Shown here one piece after another: positions 1 through 12,607 of a stretch of 64,000 nt of DNA. Made by a program: the position numbers and the translations under genes. Below the pieces are notes generated by a model. The model did no database searches and had not been told where the DNA came from. It was given only the letters and a program-made list of their open reading frames with translations. Every line of letters starts with the position of its first letter. The first letter of the stretch is position 1. This DNA comes from Octopus sinensis. Its lineage: Eukaryota. The DNA is taken from the NCBI RefSeq assembly GCF_006345805.1, contig NC_043011.1:868001-932000 (forward strand), read 5' to 3'.

Positions 1-39
1 TGAAGCACAGGTTTCAGCAAACTATGACATAGTCGTATA

Positions 40-370
40 AATATTAAAAGTTATATTGGAGTCATAGAAGGAAAGTTTAAATCTAGATGTATCAACTATC
101 TTTTGAAATTTAGGTACCATGATTAGAGACATTCAATGACTCTTTCAGCTTTAATCTGGAAACTTAAAGACAAAGGAATGACTTTCGATATCAAATGAAA
201 AAATCCTTTCTAAATCCAGACCCTGTATCAACAGGTCGAAAACATGTTCAGTGTGTTTGCTTGAAAAACCATTTCTATTAAAACGATTGAGAACTTCCAA
301 TGAATACAAAAGTTTGAAAAATGAGATTTTTTATGTCCACATTTCAAAAAATACACCTTGTAGAAATTTA
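40..370 (+). mobile_element. Penelope-like element GIY-YIG endonuclease C-terminal fragment (degenerate)
   Basis: Manual translation gives YIGVIEGKFKSR..LSALIWKLKDKG..DIK*KILSKSRP..CSVCLLEK, the YIG..FK.R..LS..IW.LK..W.IL..C.LC.EK pattern of PLE endonucleases; contains stops and frameshifts. Confidence 0.65.
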
Positions 371-506
371 AAAGTAGACCATCTGGCACTTAGTAAACCA
401 TTAACATTTGGTTTACATCTGCTTGACATCAAATTATTGTAACATTGGTTATCTTCCTTGTGTTTTTCCTTTTCATCTTCATTTTTTGCAAGTGTCTCTT
501 GTTTAA

Positions 507-727
507 CCCCTTCATTACCGTATTTATTTTGAGATGCTCTGTGTTTCTTTCAATTATTTTAAACATAACAAAGAATTTAGTAAAATAACTTAGTTATCAT
601 TAAGCTAGTGTTAGGAGCATAAATTGTGACTAAGGTTTGGTGGAAGATTTTTATTCAAAACTTAAGAAAACAAGACATTTGTACTACGGAGCCAGAGGCA
701 GTTTCGGCTGGGTTGGTAATGAAAGGG
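507..727. mobile_element. piggyBac-type MITE
   Basis: TTAA on both sides (503-506, 728-731); about 13-bp TIRs CCCCTTCATTACC / GGTAATGAAAGGG. Confidence 0.75.
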
Positions 728-1169
728 TTAAATGTTATCTGTTCAAAAGACAGCTGAGAAACAGTCTTGCTTTCAGCTTGATAAATGGCAGAATAAATTA
801 TTATCTCAGCCAGGAAACCCTGGGTAGCTATAATTGCAACATTTGTGGTTTTTAATTTAAGATTTTGACTAAAAACTCTTGAAGGCAGTACTTCAGTGTG
901 GCCTCAGTCAAATGACAAGTAAAAGAATAAAAAGAGATATATGTACAATAATCACTTGACTATCATGGGTGTTACATCCCAAAACTCCATGTGCTAGGTG
1001 AAAATCTGAGAAGTAGAAACAGTACTGTACTGTATATTTTTAAAAAATTATTTTTATAATTTGCATATATTTATTTTATTATAAATGCAAAACAATACCA
1101 CAAAGGAATTGACATAAGCTTAAATAATAAACCGCAATAGGGGAATCATGATATGGCAAGGGATTACCG

Positions 1170-1565
1170 TATGTATGTATGTATGTGTGCTTGCATGCAT
1201 GCATGTATGTATATATGTATGTATGCAAGCATGCATGCATGCATACATGTATGTGATGTATGTATGTATGTATGTATGTATGTACGTATGCATGTATGTA
1301 TGCATGTATGTATGTGTGTATGTATGTAAGTATGTATGTGTGTATGTGTGTATGTATGTATGTATGTTTGTATGTATGTTTGTATGTATGTATGTGTGTA
1401 TGTGTGTATGTGTGTATGTATGTATGTATGTATGTTTGTATGTATGTTTGTATGTATGTTTGTATGTATGTATGTATGTATGTATGTATGTGTGTATGTA
1501 TGTATGTATATATGTGTGTATGTATGTATGTATGTATGTATGTGTGTATGTATGTATGTATGTAT
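1170..1565. repeat. (TATG)n/(TG)n compound microsatellite
   Basis: Direct reading; source of spurious YVCM/HTYI ORFs. Confidence 0.95.
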
Positions 1566-2269
1566 CTGTAGAAGTTTGTAGGTGCAGATATATTTAGATG
1601 TATACATTTATGCATATACATTTATATAAAATGTACATGAGAGTGTATTGGTGCATATATATGTTCACACATATTTATATATGCTTACCCTTAATGTATG
1701 TGTGTATAAATATATATTCCTGAGTGAGTATATCTCGATAACTCTATACTTGTGTAATTATCTAATTTTGCTGACGATGAATTTTTGTTTATATACTTTT
1801 TTATTCTTTGATCGGTATATAACTTTCATCTCTTTGATCTTAAATTCCTTACTTTATCAGAAATTGATTGGTCACTTTCTAGCATCATTGTTATTGGCAA
1901 CCCTGCTGATTTATGCACAACACAATGCATCAATTGCCTCTTTAAAGTCAACAAGGACCTTGTAATATTTACTATTATTATCTGTATGATATGTTCCTGT
2001 ATCCATATATTTGATTACCTTCAGGAGAACTTGACGCTCAATTTGTTTTGTACGGTAGAATCATACACAGATGATGACAAATTATCACTTTAATTTTGAC
2101 TTGTTCTTTAATTGTTGGCATTTTGTGGCTGTTGCATCATGTACTCTTGCTTCATAGGAATTTATGTGTAGTGACGACAAACATTTTTCAGTAACTATGT
2201 TGGCATGTAATATACCTTATGAATGACTTTCTAAACAGTTGGCTATATGTCAAGTCTTATAGAAATACA

Positions 2270-2378
<109 letters not shown>

Positions 2379-2693
2379 AGTTCAGCAAAATTTAGATTCA
2401 AATGAATATGGTACTTAAGTTGGATGCACCAGAATTCTGTATGGTGTTATCCATATAAATCCATGGGGTGATTATAATCAAAATAAGAATAACTCGGGTA
2501 ATTCGGTATGATCGTTTCACACTACATCAATTTATTAAATGTTGTATGTATTACAACAGTTTTAAAATGCTGAGCACTCATCAGCCATTAATAGAGGTTT
2601 TCCATTAATACATAATTTTCATATTAAGTGGTAACATTATAGAGAAGGTAGATATATAGACAAAGATGTGGATTTAAATTTTAGGAACATTTG

Positions 2694-3702
2694 AGGTAGT
2701 GGAGCTTATCAACTGACTGACTAAAATTCAGTTGCTCCAAACTACTGTAAGGTTCTGAGAGGAAAGGAAAAATGAAAGGAGACAACAAAGATTTTCTATT
2801 TATAGAAATGGGGTGAAAGAGATGTCAGAGTTCCATATAAAGAAATTTATGTAGAGAAAAGGATTGTCATACTACAATGCCAATTACTACTATTTGGTGA
2901 ACAGAAAAAAGAAGAATTTAATTCTAAGTTTGCAATGAAGTTTTTTTAGTCATCTGTGTATGTTAAATTAAAAAACCAGTATGGTATATTCGTTCTTACT
3001 GGTTTTTTAATTTAACATACATAGATGACTAAAAAACTTCATTGCAAACTTAGAATTAAATTCTTTTTTCTAATATTCTCCAATACTAAATAGTATAAAT
3101 CCTATGTCCCTCAGGAAACATTCCGGTTCACCTTGATTATCTCACTTCCATTTCTTAGTATATAATTAACCTAAGATATTTTTACCTAACTAATTAACCC
3201 TTATCCATGGGTAGTAAATATTATTTCCAACAGATCCTATATTTTAATTCATTAATAACAACTCACTATCTATGAAATCTGAATAATTTACTCTTCTAAA
3301 TTACCTCTCTTCATATTATGAAATCACCTTCTACTAAACCTATGAATACATTTCCTCTATGATTTCTCCTCTTCCATTTTTCCTAGTACATATTTTGATC
3401 CCTAATATACTCACTTGATTGGTTTTATAAGGTCTCTGCATTCTCTGTCATTGTGACCACTTGACATTGACCTAGTTCTCCTAATGCCAAATCTGTTCAC
3501 CAAATAGTAGTAATTGGCATTGTAGTGTGACAATTCTTTTCTCTACATAAATTCCTTTATATGGAACTCTGACATCTCTTTCACCCCATTTCTATAAATA
3601 GAAAATCTTTGTTGTCTCCTTTCATTTGTCCTTTTCTCTCAGAACCTTACAGTAGTTTGGAGCAACTGAATTTTAGTCAGTCAGTTGATAAGCTCCACTA
3701 CC
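2694..3702. repeat. Nested inverted repeats: about 210-bp arms (2694-2905 / 3491-3702) enclosing a 68-bp-arm hairpin (about 2906-3069)
   Basis: GAGGTAGTGGAGCTTATCAACTGACTGAC... recurs as its reverse complement ending ...GCTCCACTACC at 3702; inner arms GAATTTAATTCTAAG...AAACCAGTA / TACTGGTTT...CTTAGAATTAAATTC. Confidence 0.85.
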
Positions 3703-5395
3703 TTGAAACTTTTCAGCATTAAGCTGCATGCTATTCTTTTCAGCCCACTTGTATATTTCGTCCAGCTAACATTGCAGGTGCATAGTGTCTTCAGGGTTCT
3801 GTATTACCTGTGAAACTTTTGTATCATCTGCATAACTTGCGATCGTGGCTCTCTGTGTGGCTGAGGGCATGTCTGAGAGGGCCATTATGAACAGTAGTGG
3901 TCCCAAAACAGTGCCTTGCAGAACACCGCTCACTATTTGCGTGTCATTGGAGGTGGCCCCATTGGCTACTACCACCTGACTTCCATCCTTCAGAAAGTAA
4001 TGAAGCCATTCTCCCAATTTTCCAACTATGCCAAGATCACGCAGTTTGCGACATATCATTCCATGATCGACTTTACCAAAGGCATTTGCAAAGGCGAGAT
4101 ATATCACTTCCGCATTTGATTGGTTGAGCAGTTGTTTCAGCACCCAGTCATAGTGTTGTAAGAGCTGAGTTAGGCAGCTTTTTCCTGGTCGGAAACCATG
4201 TTGGGTGTCAGGCAGCAAATCATTTTCTTCAAGGAAGGTGATTAGTTTTCTTCTGACTATTCGTTCCATGACCTTGCTGATGTGTAAGGTCAGAGAGATA
4301 GGTCTGTAGTTCTTCACCTCTGCTCTGCTACCTCCTTTATGAATAGGGCATATTTTACCTTCCTTCAGTTTTCTTGGAAGTTTGCCAGTTGCAAGGAAGC
4401 TCTGAAAGAGGAACTGCAGTGGTCTTGCTAGGACTTGCTTACATACTTTTAGAAGGATTGCTGGGAATCCATCAGGGCCAGTAGCTGAGTTTGTTTTCAT
4501 TTCATCTATAGCCTTTATTACATCGTCTTCCTTTGTATTGATGTAATCAATTATCATTGCCTCTGTTTTTATATCTGCAGTGGTAAAGAAGTCACTTGGA
4601 TTGCTGACTTGAAAATGCCCTAGGGGTGGAGTGAAAATACTTTTGAATTGCTCATTTAGTATTTCACTTATCCTCATTGGATTTCCTGTGAGTTTGCCAT
4701 CCTTTTCAAGGAGTGGCCCTATCCTGCAGTGCACCGTAGCTGTTTCTTTGGCAAACTTGTAGAAAGCTCTGGGGTTAGATTTTATATTGTCTATAGCCCA
4801 GGCTTCTTTGTCTGCTCTTTCTTTTTCATGGGAGAGTTGCAGACTTTTTCAATTTCCAACAGTTTTATTTTCTGGGGATTTTGTTCTTGTGTACAGTGGC
4901 CTTTCTCTCTGGGGCACATTTGTAGCATATGGCTTGCATTACAGACATGAATTGTTGAAGTTTCGTGTCGATGTCTGGTGAGGAGAGACATTTAGACCAG
5001 TTTTGTTTGAGGATCTCTTTCTCAATTTGTTTCCAGTTTGCCTTATGGAAGTTTAAGCTGGAAAAATTCTGAGAGTTTCTTGTAGGCTGCATGTCCATGC
5101 TTTCCTTTGGCCAGTACATGGTCAGCTCTACCATGTTGTGATCCGAGAGTAGCGTCGGTGTCACTTTCACATGCTATGAAATCCATATTATTTGTGAAGC
5201 AGAGATCCAGTATGTTACCTGCCCTGGTTGGTTGGAGTACTATTTGCTCCATGTACAAAGTGTTGATGAGGTTCTGTAGGGACCTCACCTGTCCTTGTTC
5301 ACATTGTGTCATTCCTGGGAGAGAAAGGCCCTCGGGCCATCTGACATCGGGCAGTTTGAAGTCTCCCATAAGAAGTACACTAATGTGTTGTTCTA
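3702..5395 (-). mobile_element. CR1-like LINE ORF2 fragment (APE C-terminal half and RT), frameshifted
   Basis: ORFs 5043-5537 (GDFKLPD, PTRAGNILDL), 4865-5170 and 3766-4734 (PGPDG-like ATGPDG, NYRPISL, QHGFR, QGTVLGPLLF, YADD); continues past a stop as LDEIYKWAEKNSMQLNAEKFQ to about 3702. Confidence 0.9.
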
Positions 5396-5421
5396 ATGTG
5401 ACTAGAACTTCTATATATATA

Positions 5422-5698
5422 TCATCATCATCATCATCGTTTAACGTCCACTGAGGGTTGGCGAGCCAGATGGCTGCACCAGGCTCCAAACTTGATCTGG
5501 CAGAGTTTCTACAGCTGGATGCCCTTCCTAACACCAACCACTCCGAGAATGTAGTGGATGCTTTTTACGTGCTACCGGCACGGGGTCCAGTCAGGCGGCA
5601 CTGGCAATGACCTCGCTCAAATTCTTTACACGTGCCACCGGCACAGGTGCCAGTGAAGTGATGTTGGTAACGATCATGCTCGAATGGTGCCCTTTTAC

Positions 5699-5700
<2 letters not shown>
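5422..5700 (-). mobile_element. RTE-tailed non-autonomous retroposon (SINE family C)
   Basis: (GAT)n tail, GGATGCCCTTCC..CAACC motif and GTGCCACCGGCAC repeats shared with 7288-7590, 56365-56726 and the RTE 3' end at 18650. Confidence 0.75.
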
Positions 5701-5731
<31 letters not shown>

Positions 5732-5735
<4 letters not shown>

Positions 5736-5958
5736 GGAGTAAACACATAAATGTGAAACAAGGTGGAAAAAAGAGTACTCAAATACCAGTGGTAGAGTAA
5801 TATGCTTTATTTAAAGCAGCAGAAAATTCAACAAAATCTGTTACTCTGAGTTTCTCGTTGCCGTTCATCAGACAGTTTTTGCTAGAATCTGTCTGATGAA
5901 CGGCAACGAGAAACTCAGAGTAACAGATTTTGCTGAATTTTCTGCTGCTTTAAATAAA

Positions 5959-5959
<1 letters not shown>
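5732..5959. mobile_element. Short hammerhead-bearing Penelope-like end element with inverted partial duplication, flanked by (TA)n
   Basis: TACCGGAGTAAACACATAAATGTG... unit also at 25761, 30252 and inverted at 30374-30492; arms 5805-5875 / 5889-5959. Confidence 0.7.
5886..5929 (+). ncRNA. Minimal type I hammerhead ribozyme motif (C3-G8 core); antisense copy at 5838-5875
   Basis: AATCTGT-CTGATGA-ACGGCAACGA-GAAA-CTCAGAG-TA-ACAGATT; stem II weak. Confidence 0.65.
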
Positions 5960-6021
<62 letters not shown>

Positions 6022-7056
6022 ATGATATAAACATATGCTTCTGCTATAGCTCTGTCTGATGAATGTATTGAGAATAGACTTGGTTGATGAAGACTGTGTA
6101 GAAACTGAGTAGAGTATGTGTATGTCTGTATATGTGTGAGCATGTATTTGACTCTCCCTGCTAGACAAATGGTGTGACATGTCAGCCAAAATAGACCAAT
6201 AAAATAAGTACTACTTGAGTCAATTTGAGGATCTAAAACCTTCAAGGGAATGCCCTTGCATGACTACAGTCCAATGACTGAAACATGTTAAAGAATAGAA
6301 AAGTATACTTATATGTATGTATAAATATGTGTGTGTGTGTGTGTGTGTATTCATTGTTTGCAATGGAAACAATATTAGTTTAGAATAGCAATCTATATAT
6401 CTTACTTAACATAGACGTGCTGTGAGAAAGCCATAAAACAGTGGTGTTCATCTTGAGACTGCATCTTGTTAGACATTTAGTGTTATATGAGATGCTTTCT
6501 CAAGATGAGTACTACAGTACTGTGGCTTTCTTAACTAAGATATATACAGATTGTTATTCTGAACTAACACTACTTACATCATAAATAACGAATGTTTACA
6601 CAACCTACCAGCTATCTGCAACACCAATGATTTGTTAATCAGTTTTACTCTATAAATATGGATGAAATTTGTCTAAGCAGGTGGGGATAGTTGAAACTTG
6701 CTACTGATGATGTGCAAATACGCAGAAATCCTGGATCTAGTAATTCCACCACTGCTGCTGCTGGATGCTTTTTGTCTGCTCCTCATACTTCTGTGCTTTT
6801 TGTCACTCTTTGTCTATAGGAGGTAATTTTTAAGACGAATACCTTAGTATTGTGGTTTTCTTACAATATATGTTCCATTATTGTTGATATCAGCAAAAAA
6901 GTACTCCATCCAAACAGAGAATAAATATCAGTTAAGAAAGACAGGATCTAAAAGTGAAGTACTATAAGTTTCCTGCTCTGAAAGTACAGAAGTCAGATGA
7001 GTATGTTTAGCAGATGAGTATGTTTAGCATGTTATGTATTATCTTACAAGACAAAA

Positions 7057-7257
7057 TACTCTCTTTGACTTGTTTCAGTCATTTGACTGCGGCCATGCTG
7101 GAGCACCGCCTTTAGTCGAGCTAATCGACCCCAGGACTTATTCTTTGTAAGCCTAGTACTTATTATATCGGTCTCTTTTTCTGAACTGCTAAGTTACGGG
7201 GACGTAAACACACCATCATCGGTTGTAAAGTGATGTGGGGGGGGGGAACAAACACAG

Positions 7258-7289
<32 letters not shown>

Positions 7290-7765
7290 CATCATCATCA
7301 TCATCATCATCATCTAGCATCCGCTTTCCATGCTAGCATGGGTTGGATGGTTCAACTGGGGTCTGGGAAGCCAGAAGGCTGCACCAGGCCCAGTCTGATC
7401 TGGCAGTGTTTCTACGGCTGGATGCCCTTCCTAACGCCAACCACTCCGTGAGTGTAGTGTGTGCTTTTTACGTTCCACCTGCACAGGTGCCAGGCGAGGC
7501 TGGCATCGGCCACGGTCAGATCGGTGCATTTTACGTGCCACCGGCACGGGGCCAGGCGAGGCTGGCAACGGACACGAACGGATGGTGCTTTTACATATAT
7601 ATGACGGGCTTTTTTCAGTTTCCGTCTACCAAATCCACTCACAGGGTTTTGGTTGGCCCGAGGCTATAGTAGAAGGCACTTGCCGAAGGTGACATGCAGT
7701 GGGGCTGAACCTGGAACCATGTGGTTGGTAAGCAAGCTACTTACCACACAGATACTCCTATGCCT
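7057..7765 (-). mobile_element. SINE family A copy interrupted by a family C insertion (7288-7590) in its internal microsatellite
   Basis: tRNA-like head AGGAGTGGCTGTGTGGTAAG..GGTTCAG, CORE-like CTTGGGCAAGTG segment and (TAAAAGAG)n-type tail; head and tail halves flank the insert. Confidence 0.85.
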
Positions 7766-7849
7766 ATGAATGAAACCAAATGAGGGAAAAAAAGTAAATG
7801 GAACAAGGATATAAGAAAATGAAAGCATGGAGGCAAGATAGATATGAAT

Positions 7850-8061
7850 TACTCTTTACTCTTTCTCTTTTACTTGATTCAGTCATTTGACTGCGGCCAT
7901 GCTGGAGCACCGGCTTTAATCGAGCAACTCGACCTCAGGACTTATTCTTTTGTAAGCCCAGTACTTATTCTAATGGTTTCTTTTGCCGAACCACTAAGTA
8001 ACGGGGACATAAACACACCAGCATCAGTTGTCAAGCAATGCTAGGGGGACAAACACACACA

Positions 8062-8099
<38 letters not shown>

Positions 8100-8266
8100 T
8101 ACAACGGGCTTCTTTTCAGTTTCCGTCTACTAAATTCACTCACAAGGCTTTGGTCAGCACGAGGCTATAGTAGAAGACACTTGCTCAAGGTGACATGCAG
8201 TGGGATTGAACCCGGAACCATGTGGTTGGTAAGCAAGCTACTTACCACACAGCCACTCCTGCACCT
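7850..8266 (-). mobile_element. SINE family A copy
   Basis: Full head, internal microsatellite and tail match the other copies. Confidence 0.9.
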
Positions 8267-8350
8267 ATGAATGAAACCAAATGAGAGAAAAAAAGTAAAT
8301 GGAACAAGGATATGAGAAAAGGAAAGCATTGAGGCAAGATAGATATGAAT

Positions 8351-8746
8351 TACTCTTTACTCTTTCTCTTTCACTTGTTTCAGTCATTTGACTGCGGCCA
8401 TGCTGGAGCACCGGCTTTAATCGAGCAACTCGACCCCGGGACTTATCTTTTTGTAAGCCCAGTACTTATTCTATTGGTCTCTTTTGCCGAACTGCTAAGT
8501 TACAGGGATGTAAACTCACCAGCATCGGTTGTCAAGCAATGCTAGGGGGACAAACACACACACGCATATATATATATATATATATAAACATATATACGAC
8601 GAGCTTATTTTCAGTTTCCGTCTACCAAATCCACTCACAAGGCATTGGTCGGCCCGGGGCTATAGCAGAAGACGCTTGCCCAAGATGCCACGCAGTGGGA
8701 CTGAACCCGGAACCATGTGGTTGGTTAGCAAGCTACTTACCACGTA
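8351..8746 (-). mobile_element. SINE family A copy
   Basis: As above; shares private variants with 7850-8266. Confidence 0.9.
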
Positions 8747-8759
8747 GCGACTTAGGTAA

Positions 8760-8950
8760 AAAAGGATATGAGTTCTTCCTGCAATACAGAGCCAGTACCA
8801 CATTGGATCCATTAGCATAAGGCATGGATCACTCAGTGATGCTCCACTTGATGGTATGTGGAATACTTTTGACCTTCAGATTCCAGATATGGCTATCTAG
8901 CTTAGTGGTTTATATACTGGTTTACATACATAGCTTGTTTACATACTTGA
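8760..8950 (-). mobile_element. Possible Penelope endonuclease C-terminal remnant
   Basis: Manual translation resembles IKWSITE*SMPYANGSNV.W.C (I.W.I..PY.NG..C pattern); degenerate. Confidence 0.4.
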
Positions 8951-8981
8951 AAGAAGACTATATGTTGGTTTATCTCTTTTT

Positions 8982-9184
8982 TACTCTTTTACTTGTTTCA
9001 GTCATTTGACTGCGGCCATGCTGGAGCACCCCAGGACTTAATCTTTGTAAGCCCAGTACTTATTCTATCGGTCTCTTTTACCGAACCGGGGACAGAAGCA
9101 CACCAGCATTGGTTGTCAAGCGATGTTGGGGGGACAAACACAGACACTCAAACATATACACACATATACATACATATATATATT

Positions 9185-9238
<54 letters not shown>

Positions 9239-9391
9239 GCTTCTTTCAGTTTCCATCTACCAAATCCACTCACAAGGATTTGGTCGGCCCAAGGCTATAG
9301 TAGAAGACACTTGCCCAAGGTGCCATGCAGTGAGACTGAACCTGGAACCATGTGGTTGGTAAGCAAGCTACTTACCACACAGCCACTCCTA
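8982..9391 (-). mobile_element. SINE family A copy with 24-bp TSD
   Basis: CTATATGTTGGTTTATCTCTTTTT at 8958-8981 and 9392-9415. Confidence 0.9.
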
Positions 9392-10789
9392 CTATATGTT
9401 GGTTTATCTCTTTTTATTTTCACTTTCACATAGACCAAAATACTTTTCTTTAAAATTGTGTTGTCTTGTTATTTGGTGGAATGGAGGTGATCAAAGTTCA
9501 CATGCCACTGAGTGGGCACCTATTTGGGTTTCTATAGTTACATTTTAATGTAAGGCACCTGCTGTGAGTTGCATGTAAAAAGAAAAAAATAGGTAACGTA
9601 GTAAGTGAGGAGAAAATGGATGTAAGGGGAATGATGGTGGAATGGTAGTGATAAAGTGAATAGAAAACATGATAATAAAAAAGACAAAATAAAACAAAAG
9701 AGAAGGCCAGTGGGCCAATGTAAGTTGTCTGACCTTCTGCAAGGAAGTTTATAAAACCAAGTAATGAGAAAGGTGGTGTAGGGAAGCAAATAAAGGAAAT
9801 CTACCTTGGTGTGGGAAGGAAGGAAGGAATGGATGAGAAAAAAGCCCCTACTGCATATAAATAAAATACATAAATTGCTAATGACCTTGTCTAGTATAAG
9901 TGTTTCAAATTGAGAGATAGAGATACAAGGATGAGCTATTAGAGGTATATGGGGAGAAAAAAAAACAAATGGTTATTGGAGAATGGTAAATCTAAATGGA
10001 TATATTGAGATAAATTAAAATATATGTGTCTGAAAGCAAAGTTTGAAGTTCTGTTCGAATAAAGGTAACGTGTAATCCTAATCAGGTTATAGAGTTAAAT
10101 GTAAAAAAATAAAATTAGGAAAACAGTTTGAAGTAAAGAGGAAAATCTAAAATCTAAAATCTAAAATAAAAACTTTGTATAGGTTAATCTGAGCAGATCT
10201 ATGAGTGGTAAAAGGAAAATGTTTTGTGAAACTTATTATAGCTGGAGGTAATTACGTCATTCAATTTATTTAGAAGTCTCACTTAATATTTCAAAGAGTA
10301 CAAATCATACGCCACCCAACTTCCATGGTAGTTTTCCCCTTTTATGATAGACTAGAAAGATATTATATGCTATGTGGCTTTGAGGTGGTGGACTACAAAT
10401 TGCTGATGAAGAAGAGAATCTGCACTTAGCAATAAAGCAAGAGCTGTTATGCACCAAGTAATGGTACTTAAAATTAACTGAAGACCCAATTTATATTTTG
10501 GTAGAATTATAGTAAGTAGTAACTGTGCACTTATAGACAACTTTGTAGTACAAGATAACTGACCATTCAAAGGACAAAGTAGGTTATTTTACAGTTATGT
10601 TTCCTCTTATCAGGAGTTAAGAAGGGCAGTACAGAACTTTTCTAGTCATTATTGTTATGGATGTTATTATTATTATAAGGTGATGAGCTGAATTGCTTGC
10701 AGACTAGGAAAAATTTGTAACTGCATTTTATCTGTCTTTACATTCTGAGTTCAAATTCCACTGAGGTAGACTTTGCCTTTCATCCTTGA

Positions 10790-10990
10790 GCACTGTGATC
10801 AATTCCTGTAACCAGTCTGCTTTTATATAATGTTGGACTTCTTTGCTCCAGATTTCTGCCTGGCATTTTCTTGCTGCTTCAACATCTGATATACCATTTC
10901 CCTGCTGCTCCTCTTCATTGTTCAATTGTTTATAGAATTTTCTTTCATTGTTCTTGAAGAATTTATTCTGCTAGTACAGATTTGTTCTCT
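10790..10990 (-). mobile_element. R4/Dong-like LINE fragment
   Basis: EAARKCQAEIWSKEVQHYIKADWL resembles the pre-RT FW..IW..V.H...A.WL motif. Confidence 0.4.
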
Positions 10991-11029
10991 GTTGCTTACT
11001 TCCAGACTTACTTTCTAAACTTTCATCAT

Positions 11030-11235
11030 TTTACTTAAGTTACCAGATTGCAGCCATGCTGTGGCACCACCTTGAAGAATTTGTAGTTGAATGAATCGAC
11101 CCCAGGACTTATTTTACTCTTTTTATTTAAGCCTAGTACTTATTCTATCGGTCTCTTTCACTGGTTGCCAAGTTACAGAGATGTAAACACACCAGCACTG
11201 GTTATCAAGCAGTGATGGGATTCAAGCAGTGATGG
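11030..11235 (-). mobile_element. SINE family A, tail-half fragment
   Basis: GCAGCCATGCTG..GACCCCAGGAC..AGTACTTATTCTATCGGTC. Confidence 0.7.
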
Positions 11236-11496
11236 CAGAGCACTCCACAGACACAGGTATCTTTAATGTAGTCCCCAATGAGATTCAGCATGACACAGAA
11301 TGTGATTAGTCTAGCCCTGTGAATTGCAGGTACAACTCAGTTTTGCCAGCTGAGTGAATGCAAGCAACAGGAAATAAAGTATCTTACTACACCAGGAAGA
11401 GAACTCAAGACCTTATAATTGTGTGCTGAATACCCTAACCACTAAGCTATGTATATGGTGTGCATACATTTATGATGTTCATGTCTTATATGCCTA

Positions 11497-11661
11497 TGCA
11501 GGAGTGGCTGTGTGGTAAGTAGCTTGCTTACCAACCACATGGCTCCGGGTTCAGTCCCACTGCATGGCATCTTGGGCAAGTGTCTTCCACTATAGCCTCG
11601 GGCTGACCAAAGCCTTGTAGATTTGGTAGACGGAAACTCATAGGAGCCCGTCGTATATATG

Positions 11662-11741
<80 letters not shown>

Positions 11742-11955
11742 TGTCTGTGTTTGTCCCCCTAGCATTGCTTGACAACCGATGCTGGTGTGTTTATGTCCCC
11801 GTAACTTAGTGGTTCAGCAAAAGAGACCGATAGTATAAGTACTGGGCTTACAAAGAATAAGTCCCGGGGTCGATTTGCTCGACTAAAGGTGGTGCTCTAG
11901 CATGGCCGCAGTCAAATGACTAAAAAACAAGTAAAAGAGTAAAGAGTAAAAAGAG
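11497..11955 (+). mobile_element. SINE family A copy
   Basis: Head, internal (TA)(TG) tract, GGTGCTCTAGCATGGCCGCAG and AAAAGAGT tail. Confidence 0.9.
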
Positions 11956-12219
11956 TATATGCATATTCTACATATATATATGTAAATATTAGTATATGAG
12001 TGTGTGTTTGTGTATATGTGTGTGAGTGTTTGCTTGTGAACCAATATTGAAAACTTTCAGCTTTTCTTGAGCCATTGTAAATCTACGTTACTGAAGAATT
12101 AAAGCGAGAAAACAATGACATCAAGCAAGAAAGACAAAAAAAAATGCAAAAAAAACCCCCCAAAAAAACAATATGTAAAATACAAAGCCTAGAAAAGGGA
12201 GGGAAAGAAATATAAAAAG

Positions 12220-12384
12220 CCATTGATAAAAACCTAAATAAATCAATCCACTTGAACAAATGCCAAAGCATTGATTCCATACTTTCTCTACTTGTGTTTT
12301 CCTGAAGTTGTTACTCCTTAAATTAATTTTCATGTCAATACTTCTCGTTAGCACACTTGTTGATTTGCTTCTTTTGAGGATCTT
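12220..12384. repeat. Unclassified dispersed repeat; second diverged copy at about 22650-22812
   Basis: AAATAAATCAATCCACTTGAACAA...TTAGCACACTTGTTGATTTGC.TCTTTTGAGGATCTT in both. Confidence 0.7.
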
Positions 12385-12388
12385 TTAA

Positions 12389-12607
12389 CCCTTTAGTATT
12401 TAAACTGGGCATATCCGGCCAAAATATTTAATCTGTTTTATGTTCAAACTGACCAGATCCAGGCTCTCACACCTACCCTACAATGTTATTCTACATTAAG
12501 TATTTACACCATCAACATCTTGAAGATATGAGATAATGCATGACTAATTCAAATCAATGGGAATCAATAGACATTATGTTTGATAGAATAATCAGAACAC
12601 TAAAGGG
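12389..12607. mobile_element. piggyBac-type MITE
   Basis: TTAA-CCCTTTAGT ... ACTAAAGGG-TTAA. Confidence 0.7.

Noticed and set aside
222-250. GACC..GGTC-GAAA-ACATGT-TC hammerhead-like string
   Set aside because: No core upstream; it lies within Penelope coding sequence (SRPCINRSKTCS).
1079-1621. Overlapping long ORFs (also near 16.7, 24.5, 49, 54.5, 61 kb)
   Set aside because: Translations of stop-free microsatellites (YI, HT, CV repeats).
2490-2535. Minus-strand TTGATGTAGTGTGAAACGATCATA resembling a hammerhead
   Set aside because: No stem I and the core is too degenerate.
7057-9391. Regularly spaced repeats suggesting a CRISPR-like array
   Set aside because: Eukaryotic SINE copies about 400 bp long with repeated, not unique, spacers; no cas genes.
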